A stretch of DNA of 63,975 nt, counting the filler, from Octopus bimaculoides (lineage: Eukaryota): the NCBI RefSeq assembly GCF_001194135.2. It is 5 parts of 5 records of this genome, joined end to end, with 100 filler letters (N's around TTAATTAATTAA, not from the genome) between each part and the next. Parts side by side here need not be neighbours in the genome. Positions count along the whole stretch, not along the records: positions 25,184 to 54,119 come from NC_068985.1; positions 54,220 to 60,630 come from NC_068997.1; positions 60,731 to 62,672 come from NC_068983.1; positions 62,773 to 63,975 come from NC_068988.1; 1 more part is not named here. The stretch is one strand, 5' to 3'. Shown piece after piece: positions 53,214 to 63,975 of the stretch; within the stretch, counting starts at the first letter, position 1; each line of letters opens with the position of its first letter. The position numbers and the translations under genes were made by a program. The notes under the pieces were generated by a model. It was not told where the DNA came from, did no database searches, and worked only from the letters and a program-made list of their open reading frames with translations.

Positions 53214-53430
53214 GGCGGCGAGCTGGCAGAATCCTTAGCACGTCGGGCGAAATGCTTACCGGTATTTCATCTGCCGTTACCTTCTGAGTTCAAATTCCGC
53301 CGAAGTTCGACTTTGCCTTTCATCCTTTCGAGATCGATAAATTAAGTACCAGTTGAGTACTGCAAGCGATATAATAGACTATCCGCCTTCTTAAAATTTC
53401 AGGTCATGTGCCTAGAGTAGAAAGGATTAT
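53214..53430 (+). mobile_element. tRNA-derived SINE, family A (best-preserved copy)
   Basis: Head GGCGGCGAGCTGGCAGAAT (A-box-like), GAGTTCAAATTCC (B-box-like), body GACTTTGCCTTTCATCCTTTCG...AAATTAAGTACCAGTTGAG, tail GTAGAAAGGATTAT. Repeated many times in the window. Confidence 0.9.
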
Positions 53431-54219
53431 ATCTAGCGTTTCCAGAAGAATAAGTGTCAAAGACAGGTGGGAAGGATTGGAATAAAGAACGTCGTATCTA
53501 AATCCCACAATGCATTTTGTCCGACGTGCTACCGACTCTGGTCTACTAAATACGATATCACATAGTGAGCGTCACAAGGTTAAAGCGAAACAGAAATAAA
53601 TCAAATTGGGAAACTAACAAATGTAATATGCGGTCCAGACAGAACTGATAAACAGATCGAATGACGCAAGGAGTGAACACGCCAAAAGTTACTAAATGAC
53701 CTGGTAACATATAAAGATATGACTGGCTAATTTATTAAGGATTTACAGCACTTAATTTGATAATTGCTAACTATCTTATAAACCTCAGGTCTAGCAATTC
53801 GAAAATAGAAAGACAACACACACATACACATAAGCACATGCATATGTGGATGTACTGTATATGCGCATGTGTATGCGTGTATGCGTGTGTGTGTGTGTGT
53901 GTGCGTGTGTGTGTGTGTGTGAGTATGTGGGTGGTTGTGTTTACTGTACGTTGCGTGTACCATGAATCTAATTAATTTTAAAGATAAATTCAATTAAGAT
54001 TTCATGCGGATCATACATATACAGCATACATTCCATACACTTATACACACACACACATATATATATATACATGTGTGTGTATAAACACACAAACGCACAC
54101 ATATATGCACGTATATATANNNNNNNNNNNNNNNNNNNNNNNNNNNNNNNNNNNNNNNNNNNNTTAATTAATTAANNNNNNNNNNNNNNNNNNNNNNNNN
54201 NNNNNNNNNNNNNNNNNNN

Positions 54220-54291
<72 letters not shown>

Positions 54292-54754
54292 GTACTAGGT
54301 GAAAATGAAATATTGCATATGTGCATATCGAAATATATTGCTTACATTTGATTTTTTTTTTTCTTAATTATGAAAATTCTGTCTGTTAGGAAGGACCTGG
54401 TATTTAACAAAAGCTTTTATTTATAAATGTATATAGTACGGTAAGCGTGTGTATGTGTGTGTGTCTCTGTGATTGAGTAAGAGAGAGCGAGAGTGAGACA
54501 GAGAGAGACATACAGACAGACAGACAGACAGCTGGAGAAGGTGTATATGTGTGTTTTTGTTTATATATATTTTAAAAGTAACAGATGCACACAACTTTAT
54601 GCGTGCATCAATTGACCGAGCGTGATGGGTCAAGCTGGTGCGTGTATGTATCTAAATACATGTATATATATATATATATACTTTATATATCAAGAAAAGT
54701 CGTGCTCTTGTAAACAGTTTTGAACCAACAGGTGTGCATGTGCGTGTGCGTGTG

Positions 54755-54799
<45 letters not shown>

Positions 54800-54923
54800 T
54801 TATGTGTATTTATGTATAACAATTTGTAAGCTCTCGATATGTTTAGATTTAAAGACGGTATCCTTAAACATATGAATGCGAGGCGACAAATTTAACTTAC
54901 ACGCAGACACACACACCGACTCA

Positions 54924-54990
<67 letters not shown>

Positions 54991-55118
54991 GCGTGCACAC
55001 TCATAAGCACGTACTTATCGGGATACTTCTATGTGAAGATATGTGTTTGCGTCAGCCTTTACCCTTTCATATTACCTTTTCATAGTTAACACATGTCTAC
55101 GTTCGATACAGCCAATAG

Positions 55119-55229
55119 CATGGTGTGGCTGTGTGGTATGAAGTTTGTTTCCCAACCTCAGGGTTCTGGGTTCAGTCCCGTTGCATGATACTTAGGGCAA
55201 GTGTCTTGTACTATAGCTCTGGGCCGACA
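55119..55229 (+). mobile_element. SINE family B head
   Basis: GTGGCTGTGTGGTA...GGGTTCAGTCCC...GGGCAAGTGTCTTGTACTATAGC. Confidence 0.8.
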
Positions 55230-55634
55230 TATATATATTGTTAAAGTGGACAACAAACGTTAAGACGAGGCAAACATCACAAGTCATATACATTATTATT
55301 ATTGGAAAATATTCAAAGTCTTACAGCAGTTTCTGGGATATCTTAGGGTATGGGATATTACGTCATCGGAGACAAATAGGGGAAATGAGAAGGGTATTGA
55401 TTAATGAAATGAGGACGTAGAGGAGAGGAGTAACGGAATAAGGAGATGAAGAGAGAGAGAAGAAAAAAGAAGCTGCGAAACAAACTTTATCACTTTTTAT
55501 CCTCTTTAACAATTATATATCCGTTATATCGGAAATCTGCAATGTCTCCATAACCTTGGAGCCCTAGTTATCCGTTACAGCACTTACCTAGCGTACCTAA
55601 TCGTTTAGATCACGTGTGACCTAAACCCCCATAC

Positions 55635-55676
<42 letters not shown>

Positions 55677-55844
55677 NNNNNNNNNNNNNNNNNNNNNNNN
55701 NNNNNNNNNNNNNNNNNNNNNNNNNNNNNNNNNNNNNNNNNNNNNNNNNNNNNNNNNNNNNNNNNNNNNNNNNNNNNNNNNNNNNNNNNNNNNNNNNNNN
55801 NNNNNNNNNNNNNNNNNNNNNNNNNNNNATATATGCATATACAC

Positions 55845-56032
55845 ACGAGAGGGGGTGGGTGAAAGTTCCTGGTTTTGGGTTAAAGTAAATAGGGGAGGAT
55901 CAGTTAATTATGATTTTATGCAACATATTCCCTTTCTCAGATCCACACTTGTAAAAGAACTCGGATCGTTGGGACTCCAGCCAGGCCTTTTGCGAAACCC
56001 TTAAAGCCAGGAACATTTCAGCACCACCTTAC
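55845..56032. mobile_element. mariner-derived MITE
   Basis: About 30-bp imperfect TIRs AGGGGGTGGGTGAAAGTTCCTGGTTTTGGG / CCCTTAAAGCCAGGAACATTTCAGCACCACCT in a TA-rich context. Confidence 0.75.
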
Positions 56033-56387
56033 ATATGCATGTGTGTGTCTGCATGTGTGTATGTATGTTTTATGTATGCAATTATAAATCTATATACATT
56101 CATATATAAGAATATAAATATACGCATACACAGATATAAATACCTATGCGTATAAGAATACATATGTTAGTGTGTGTGTGGGGGGGGGCGTGTGTGCTCG
56201 CGCGTACGTTGCTATATGTATATTTATATATACAGAAATAAAGATAGTTAAAAAAATTCACCTTATTCACTAAAATTTGTGGGTCTTACCAACCCCCACA
56301 CTTCTGTTACTCTCGGCTCTTTAGATATTCCTTTCTACCGTATTTCAGTAATTTTCCGGTTTCTTTTTGCGAAATTTATCATTGTCA

Positions 56388-56442
<55 letters not shown>

Positions 56443-57312
56443 CATTATTATTATCGTCTTTTCATGTTAGATTCACCTGCGGCACATTTTTTCTTCGTAC
56501 ATAAATTTAGCCTAGTATTAGTGTATGTGCATATACATACATACATGCATACATANNNNNNNNNNNNNNNNNNNNNNNNNNNNNNNNNNNNNNNNNNNNN
56601 NNNNNNNNNNNNNNNNNNNNNNNNNNNNNNNNNNNNNNNNNNNNNNNNNNNNNNNNNNNNNNNNNNNNNNNNNNNNNNNNNNNNNNNNNNNNNNNNNNNN
56701 NNNNNNNNNNNNNNNNNNNNNNNNNNNNNNNNNNNNNNNNNNNNNNNNNNNNNNNNNNNNNNNNNNNNNNNNNNNNNNNNNNNNNNNNNNNNNNNNNNNN
56801 NNNNNNNNNNNNNNNNNNNNNNNNNNNNNNNNNNNNNNNNNNNNNNNNNNNNNNNNNNNNNNNNNNNNNNNNNNNNNNNNNNNNNNNNNNNNNNNNNNNN
56901 NNNNNNNNNNNNNNNNNNNNNNNNNNNNNNNNNNNNNNNNNNNNNNNNNNNNNNNNNNNNNNNNNNNNNNNNNNNNNNNNNNNNNNNNNNNNNNNNNNNN
57001 NNNNNNNNNNNNNNNNNNNNNNNNNNNNNNNNNNNNNNNNNNNNNNNNNNNNNNNNNNNNNNNNNNNNNNNNNNNNNNNNNNNNNNNNNNNNNNNNNNNN
57101 NNNNNNNNNNNNNNNNNNNNNNNNNNNNNNNNNNNNNNNNNNNNNNNNNNNNNNNNNNNNNNNNNNNNNNNNNNNNNNNNNNNNNNNNNNNNNNNNNNNN
57201 NNNNNNNNNNNNNNNNNNNNNNNNNNNNNNNNNNNNNNNNNNNNNNNNNNNNNNNNNNNNNNNNNNNNNNNNNNNNNNNNNNNNNNNNNNNNNNNNNNNN
57301 NNNNNNNNNNNN

Positions 57313-57360
<48 letters not shown>

Positions 57361-58442
57361 GTGTGTGTGTGAGTGTATACATAAGTATTTATACATACAA
57401 TGCATACATACATATATCGGTATACATACATACGAATGAATATGAAAACGGAAAACAGGAATAGAAACAAGACAAGAAAACAGAAAGAAAGTAAAAAGAA
57501 ACTGAAGAAAGAAAAACTATCGTAAGAAAGTCAGAAAGTCAAATAGCCTGACTACTGAGCGGTTGATCAGTGTCACGGTTGGTTTGGTTACCCTGGGTGT
57601 ATGTACAGAGAGAGGGAGACAGAAAGAGTGTGAGAGAGAAAGATAGAGATGATGTTATTTATGGAGAACACCTTTCCAACTGCGGTCCATAAATAAGATT
57701 TAACAAAAGATAGGAGATTACCGCTTCCTTCCTTTTTTTTTATCATCTTTCCTTTCATCTTCCGTTTCTTGCTGTTTCTGCTTCTGTTGTTGTTCTTGTT
57801 GTTGTTGTTGCTGCTCTCCTTCTCTTTCCTCTTTTCTCGCTCCCACCTCATCTGCTCTCCTTTCAGACCGTTCCCCCATTGCATGCTCTTCTTTGCTCTC
57901 TTTCGCTCTCCTCGTCTCTTCACTCGCTCGCTCATCTCAAACATATTCTCACTAATATTTACTGTTTTATTGTGTGCTAATTCCTGTAATGGTCAACTGG
58001 TCAAAGGAAACAACATCACTAAGATAGCTGAACTACCGAACAGCACAGAAGATTTACGCTAATGGGTAGAGGAAAATAAAAACGCAAACGATAAAAGAAA
58101 AAAACAAGCAGACAACCAAACATGAATAAATAATCTTATACGGGATTATAATTTATGATAATTTCATTGTAATTTTATTATAATTTATCAGTGTGGAGAA
58201 TTATTGTGAATTATTGTGACTTATGGATGTCACTATAACTTCTCGTTTTCTGCCAGCAAGTCTGTTGGCTTTCCTTTGTACTAACTGCCGGCTACTTTAC
58301 TCACATGCCTACCGACATACATACATACCTATTATATACATATTTATCTCTACTTACATTCACACAAATACGCACGCAAACACGCAAACACACACACACA
58401 CTTGCACGCTTACACCTGCGTATGTTTATATGCGTGCGTCTG

Positions 58443-58493
<51 letters not shown>

Positions 58494-58496
<3 letters not shown>

Positions 58497-58825
58497 TCTT
58501 TTACTCTTTAATTTCAGTCGTTTGACTGCGGCCATGCTGGAGCAACGCCTTGGCGGATTTTAGTCGAGCAAATCTTATTTTTCAAGCCTTGTACTTATTC
58601 CATCGAGCTTTTTGTCGAACCACTAATGTTACAGGGGCGTAAACACGCCAACACCCGTTGTCAAGCAGTGATAGGGAGACAAATACAAACACACATATAG
58701 ATATATACATGTATATTACATACGACGGCTTCTATCAGTTTTCCGTCTATGAAATACACTCACAAGGCTTTGGTCGGCCCAAAAGACACCCAATGTGCTA
58801 TGCAATGGGCCCGGGTTCCCGGTTT
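58494..58825 (-). mobile_element. SINE family B
   Basis: Tail TTTCAGTCGTTTGACTGCGGCCATGCTGGAGC and core CACTCACAAGGCTTTGGTCGGCCC. Confidence 0.85.
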
Positions 58826-59125
58826 CTATGGCATATGTGTGTATGTGTGTGCTTGTGGGTTCGTAGACATACCTGCATATGTATAAATGTTTGTGCATAC
58901 ATATCTAAGAGTGCCAGAAAGAATTTCTTAAAGCATCGTACGTATGTCATACGGTATTCTCGTTACGGATCCCTGCTTTCTTGCATCATTAGTATAAAGC
59001 GGTATCAGCGTTATTCTTCCCTGGGAAACCCCTGTACCATAGTGAGGACGAGATATTTATGTTTGTTCCGCTGTTTGCTTTCTCTTTTACTCTTTTACAA
59101 ACACAGACACACCAACATATACATT

Positions 59126-59157
<32 letters not shown>

Positions 59158-59166
59158 CACACATAT

Positions 59167-59316
59167 ATACGACGGGCTTCTTTAGTTCCCGTCTACCAAA
59201 TCCACTCACAAGGCTTTGGTCGGCCCGAGGCTTTAGTAGAAGACACTTGCCCAAGGTGCCACGCAGAACTATGTGGTTGGTAAGCAATCAACTTACCACA
59301 CAGCCACTCCTACGCC
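59167..59316 (-). mobile_element. SINE family B, 5' half
   Basis: CGACGGGCTTC...CCACTCACAAGGCTTTGGTCGGCCCGAGGC...GAAGACACTTGCCCAAGG...TTACCACACAGCCACTCC. Confidence 0.88.
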
Positions 59317-59761
59317 TTTCTATAAAAGGATATGCCAGAAACTTCATCTGGCAATGTGATTTCCTTGCTAATCCATTGCCTCATACGAGGTATAGAGAAG
59401 TTAACCTGGATATAATAAGATTTCAAAGGTTGCATACTTCACTGAGGATTATCAGACTTTAATGCGATCTTTAATCCCAAGAGGACATCTCTAGCAGGGT
59501 AAAAATGCACAGCTGTATCGGAGATATTGCGAGCAGCGGACCGGACACCCAGCACCTTCTAGCAACGGGATCATCAGACCAGCCTGGTTCCGGGCTATTT
59601 CTGTCTCTCATCAGTACTGGACACCTCATCTATTAGAGATGGCAGTAACTCGCTCCTGCATTTCAAGCGGCACACAACACTGGGTTTGCAACAAGGAAAA
59701 ATAATAGTTCCAAAATCTCTCTAAGAGATTACAAGAGGGAGAGAGAGAAATAGCGATAGAA

Positions 59762-59794
<33 letters not shown>

Positions 59795-59795
59795 C

Positions 59796-59834
<39 letters not shown>

Positions 59835-59982
59835 CGTGCAGATATGTATATATGTGTCATCCATAGTCTGATATGATATTTCGGAATAAAATTCCTTCTT
59901 CAGATATTCTTAGATGGACTCGCTACTATAATCGGTTTTCCAACGGCTTTTCTTCTTTATTATGTTTTTATATATATGTTTG

Positions 59983-60031
<49 letters not shown>

Positions 60032-60239
60032 ACACACATATTTATATGATGGTTCTGGTTTTAACTAATCCAGATTAAGAAGCTTCGTAATAAGATATTG
60101 TAAAACACCCTGGATTAGATCATGTGAAAGATACTTAGGTACTTTGCATTGATGGACGAAGGCGAAGGATTATCAAAAGGCTGCTCTCAGGTAACCTAAC
60201 CTCTGATCTTATAGTAACGATTAACTTAAGTACGACTGC

Positions 60240-60630
60240 CGTCACAACCACCACCACTACCACCGCTAACTTCTCCGCCAGAGGGCTACTGCTATCGGTA
60301 CTGCAACTACCTATACCATTACCAGCATCTATATCTTCATTACCATTCTTTTCAGTACCACCATCACTACAGTTTTCAGCAACAATACCGTTACTACTAC
60401 TACTACTACTACTACCACCATCACCACCACTACCAGCCCAGCTACTAACATCATCATCACCACCACATCACCACCACATCACTACCAATATCGTCACAAC
60501 CACTACCCATACACTACCTCTTCACTCCGACTGAGGCATTTCGCTCTCATTCTTCCTGTGACCAAGGCGCTACTGTAATTAGTAGTACTTCCACTACCAC
60601 TACCAACACCAACACTACCACCACTACCAC
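60240..60630. repeat. (CCA)/(CTA)-rich low-complexity tract
   Basis: Read directly. Confidence 0.9.
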
Positions 60631-60730
60631 NNNNNNNNNNNNNNNNNNNNNNNNNNNNNNNNNNNNNNNNNNNNTTAATTAATTAANNNNNNNNNNNNNN
60701 NNNNNNNNNNNNNNNNNNNNNNNNNNNNNN

Positions 60731-61050
60731 CTCTTCAATGCTCTGCCAAAACATTTGAGAGACATGCAAGACATGGATGCGGAGGTCTTTAAGACAAAAC
60801 TTGACGCTTTCCTCTCCACGATACCAGACGAACCAATGGCTCGTAATGAGACTCAGTTTAGGGCAGCGATGTCAAATTCTCTCATACACCAGATGTGCCA
60901 TCAAAACTCTTGATTGGACCATATCAGGCGGGGGAGAAGAGCCATGCAAGGAACGTGAAGAGAGCACAGCATAAAGACGGAAAATCACGGTGGTGCACCA
61001 GCATGACCGCAGCCACTTGGCTGAAACCCATAAATAAATAAATAAAATAA
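60731..61050 (+). mobile_element. CR1/L2-group LINE 3' end (ORF2 C-terminus, 3' UTR, (TAAA)n tail); upstream part lies in a gap
   Basis: An uninterrupted 60 codons, LFNALPKHLRD...FKTKLDAFLSTIPDEP...RAAMSNSLIHQ, stop at 60911-60913. This is the typical invertebrate CR1-like ORF2 terminus, followed by a short UTR and (TAAA)n. Confidence 0.8.
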
Positions 61051-61709
61051 ATATTGATAGATAGATAGATGTATAGGCATACATACGCAGAAATACACAC
61101 AGATACACAAACACATATATATTGTATGCATACATATATATAAACACACATAGATACGTACTCAACCATATGATCATCTATGCATCTATGTGAGCATGAA
61201 AGAGTGTGTGTGTATGTTTGCCTTTGCGCGTGTGTATGTGTAGCGTAGGTATATATATATATATAGTCATACATATGTATACACTTATATGTGTACAATA
61301 CTGCAAGAAATCGTATGTTATATGTGAAAGAAATCATAAATATAGTTTAGAAATTTTTGTTAATCATACCATATTGTTGTTAAAACAAAATTTAGTAGAT
61401 CATTACCAGTGGGCATATTGCTTCTTGTTGATGATATAGAGGAAGAGCTGACAATTAACTACTAACTATATATCTCCTGTTTCTTCACTTATCATACTGG
61501 CAGAATAATTTTCAATAGACTTTGATTGGGGGTTGAGATTTTCTACTAAAATTTTTTTTTTACTTTTTCGTGATTCCAATATTTTATGCTCCATATACTT
61601 TTTGCTCTTCTATGGTTTCATCTTAATATGCACGTGTACTTATCTAGTGTATGAGCACACTCATGACTACCTTAGTATTTAATAAAGAATATATATATAT
61701 ATATATATA

Positions 61710-61960
61710 TCTTTTACCTTTTACTTATTTCAGACATTAGACTGCGGCCATACTAGGGCAACGACTTGAATTTTAAGTCGAATGAATTGACCTCAGGACT
61801 GATTTTAGTATCATTTATTATTGCTTTTCCATTTGTGTTAAGCCTGACACTTTTTCTGTCGGTATCTGTTGCCGAACGGCAATCATGCCAATATTGGTTG
61901 TGTAGCGATGGCGCGGGAAACAAGGGAAAAAAGACACACATGCACACAAACACACACACA
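61710..61960 (-). mobile_element. SINE family B, 3' part, decayed
   Basis: ATTTCAGACATTAGACTGCGGCCATAC matches the family B tail. Confidence 0.6.
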
Positions 61961-62018
61961 AACACTCACAAACATGCGCACACGCGCACGCATGCTTATA
62001 TATATATATTTACATAGA

Positions 62019-62203
62019 CGCAGGCGTGGTTATGTAGTAAGAAGCTTGCTTCCCTACCACATTTTTCCAGGTTCTGTCCCACTGTGTAGTAACTTGGGCA
62101 AGCGACTTCTACTATAGCCTCGGGCCGACCAAAGCCTTGTGAGAGAATTTGGTAGACGGAAAGTGAAAGAAACGCGTTGTGTGTCTATATATATATACAG
62201 AGT

Positions 62204-62259
<56 letters not shown>

Positions 62260-62660
62260 GAGAGAATTCACAAAAAACAAAAGACGAAGATAGGTGGTGT
62301 AGGCAACAAACAGATGTATTAGTTTAACGCTCGAAAGTGAAAATGTTTTTAACGTTTCAAGCCTACGTCCCTTCCACAGAAAGGAACACAAAAAGAACAA
62401 GGAAAGAAAATAAAGAGAGAAAATAAAGAAGACAAAATAAAGAATGTGTAGTGGCTAGCAATCTGTCTGTTCCACCGCCATCACTCAACAACCGATGCTG
62501 GTGTGTTTACGTCCACGTGAAAGAGACTGATAGAATAAGTGGAAAGCTTACAAAAACAAAAAAGTCTTTGTATCGATTTCTCCGACTAAAACTCTTCAAG
62601 ACGGTACTCCACCATTGTTACAGTCAAACGACTGAAGCAAGTAAATGAATAAAAGAATAT
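62019..62660 (+). mobile_element. SINE family B interrupted by about 270 bp of foreign sequence (62190-62460)
   Basis: The head and core at 62019-62190 and the 3' half at 62460-62660 (ACCGATGCTGGTGTGTTTACGTC...CAGTCAAACGACTGAA) are collinear with the other copies. Confidence 0.82.
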
Positions 62661-62772
62661 ATATATATATATNNNNNNNNNNNNNNNNNNNNNNNNNNNN
62701 NNNNNNNNNNNNNNNNTTAATTAATTAANNNNNNNNNNNNNNNNNNNNNNNNNNNNNNNNNNNNNNNNNNNN

Positions 62773-62849
<77 letters not shown>

Positions 62850-62941
62850 TTATAATGTGTCTACAAATTATTATCCCCATCCGGTCCACGAGATCTCGTG
62901 TATGCTTCGTTTGACTTGCAAAACAAAAAGAGTCTGATATC

Positions 62942-63101
62942 CAGTGCTGCCTTAAGGCATACTGTGCATTTCCCCAGAGGCCTCATGAATCTACGGACCC
63001 AATTATTGTCTATGTATGGTAGAACTCGCTGTCAGTAAATAGATACCATACTTCCCAGTGCACTGGTTTGCCCAGGCACTTATACTGTTAAGACGGTCCT
63101 G
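62942..63101. mobile_element. hAT (Tip100-like) MITE
   Basis: TIRs CAGTGCTGCCTTAA / TTAAGACGGTCCTG and 8-bp TSD CTGATATC / CTGGTAAC (6/8). Confidence 0.7.
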
Positions 63102-63424
63102 CTGGTAACTCTAGTCTATACCCTCTATTGACATTTGTACTATCTTAGAAATCAGTATTTAAACAGTCAGGCAAAAAGAAATGGAGTGGAATCAACTGTG
63201 AATATTCTTTTGATTTTATTTTCCTTTGTTCTTCGTATCTGCATCCACACTTTATCAGAATATTACATACATACTTCGTTCAATACAAAATAAGTAAAAT
63301 AAAATATTTAGAAAAATAAAAAATATAAATAAATTACTGCAGCTCCGTAGGCAAGTGTCTTCTACAATAGCTCTGGGCCGACTAAAACCATGTGAATGAA
63401 TTTGATTGACTTGGAATTGTATGG

Positions 63425-63491
<67 letters not shown>

Positions 63492-63912
63492 ACACACACA
63501 GCCACACATACAATGTGTAGGAGGGTGCGAAGTAGGCAGGATATAGATATCCACAGAGTAGTGCTCAGACAGATACAAACTTAAAACTCAACTCCTTCAT
63601 CCAGACCGGGTGCCTCAGGCGTCAAAAGTTAACTATAAGAATGATGCAGAAAAGCAGATAAACGCGAGTAGGTATAATGCATATATCTACACGGACTACA
63701 AAATACAGAGTATGGAAAAAGGAAATAAAGTAAACAGAAGGAGTTATGTAGTAATCTTATCTTGACAGCTGTTTCGAGAGCATTAAGCTTATGTCTTAAC
63801 CCCGTTCATACATAATAAAGATCCATAATGTTGTAGGTGTATATAATAACAGAAGATCCTAGTCATCCTTGTCGGAAGATGACAAATTCCACTTTTTGTT
63901 TGTGTGTGTGTT

Positions 63913-63975
<63 letters not shown>

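Noticed and set aside
53214-53300. Possible tRNA genes at A/B-box motifs
   Set aside because: All are SINE heads that continue into shared SINE bodies and tails, with no complete cloverleaf.
22570-57470. Long ORFs full of X in the ORF track
   Set aside because: They are open only because N runs contain no stops. Most gaps are flanked by (TA)n/(CA)n arrays, typical of short-read assembly breaks.

Overview
AT-rich, microsatellite-dense eukaryotic DNA with about 7.5-8 kb of N gaps. The SINE families and repeat landscape look like a coleoid cephalopod, most likely Octopus; this is recognition from memory, not a database hit. The window reads as intronic or intergenic, and I could not identify any host protein-coding gene. 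A few splice-site-bounded open frames are offered as low-confidence candidate exons, and they occur on both strands, so some must be chance. The well-supported content is transposon debris: three decayed R4/Dong-type non-LTR fragments (RT, CCHC, restriction-like endonuclease), a CR1/L2-type LINE 3' end, a Tc1-type transposase pseudogene with DD36E spacing (Incomer-like), a maT-like mariner fragment, hAT and mariner MITEs, Helentron-type and Helitron-type non-autonomous elements, more than 20 copies of three tRNA-derived SINE families, and three long inverted repeats. Most ORFs in the supplied track are microsatellite or gap artefacts. The best leads are the DD36E element, a SINE/LINE pair sharing a 3' tail with a covarying hairpin, a degenerate hammerhead-ribozyme-like motif, a 281-bp palindrome and a candidate exon with two in-frame donors. 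I found no convincing evidence for a wholly new multi-gene system.
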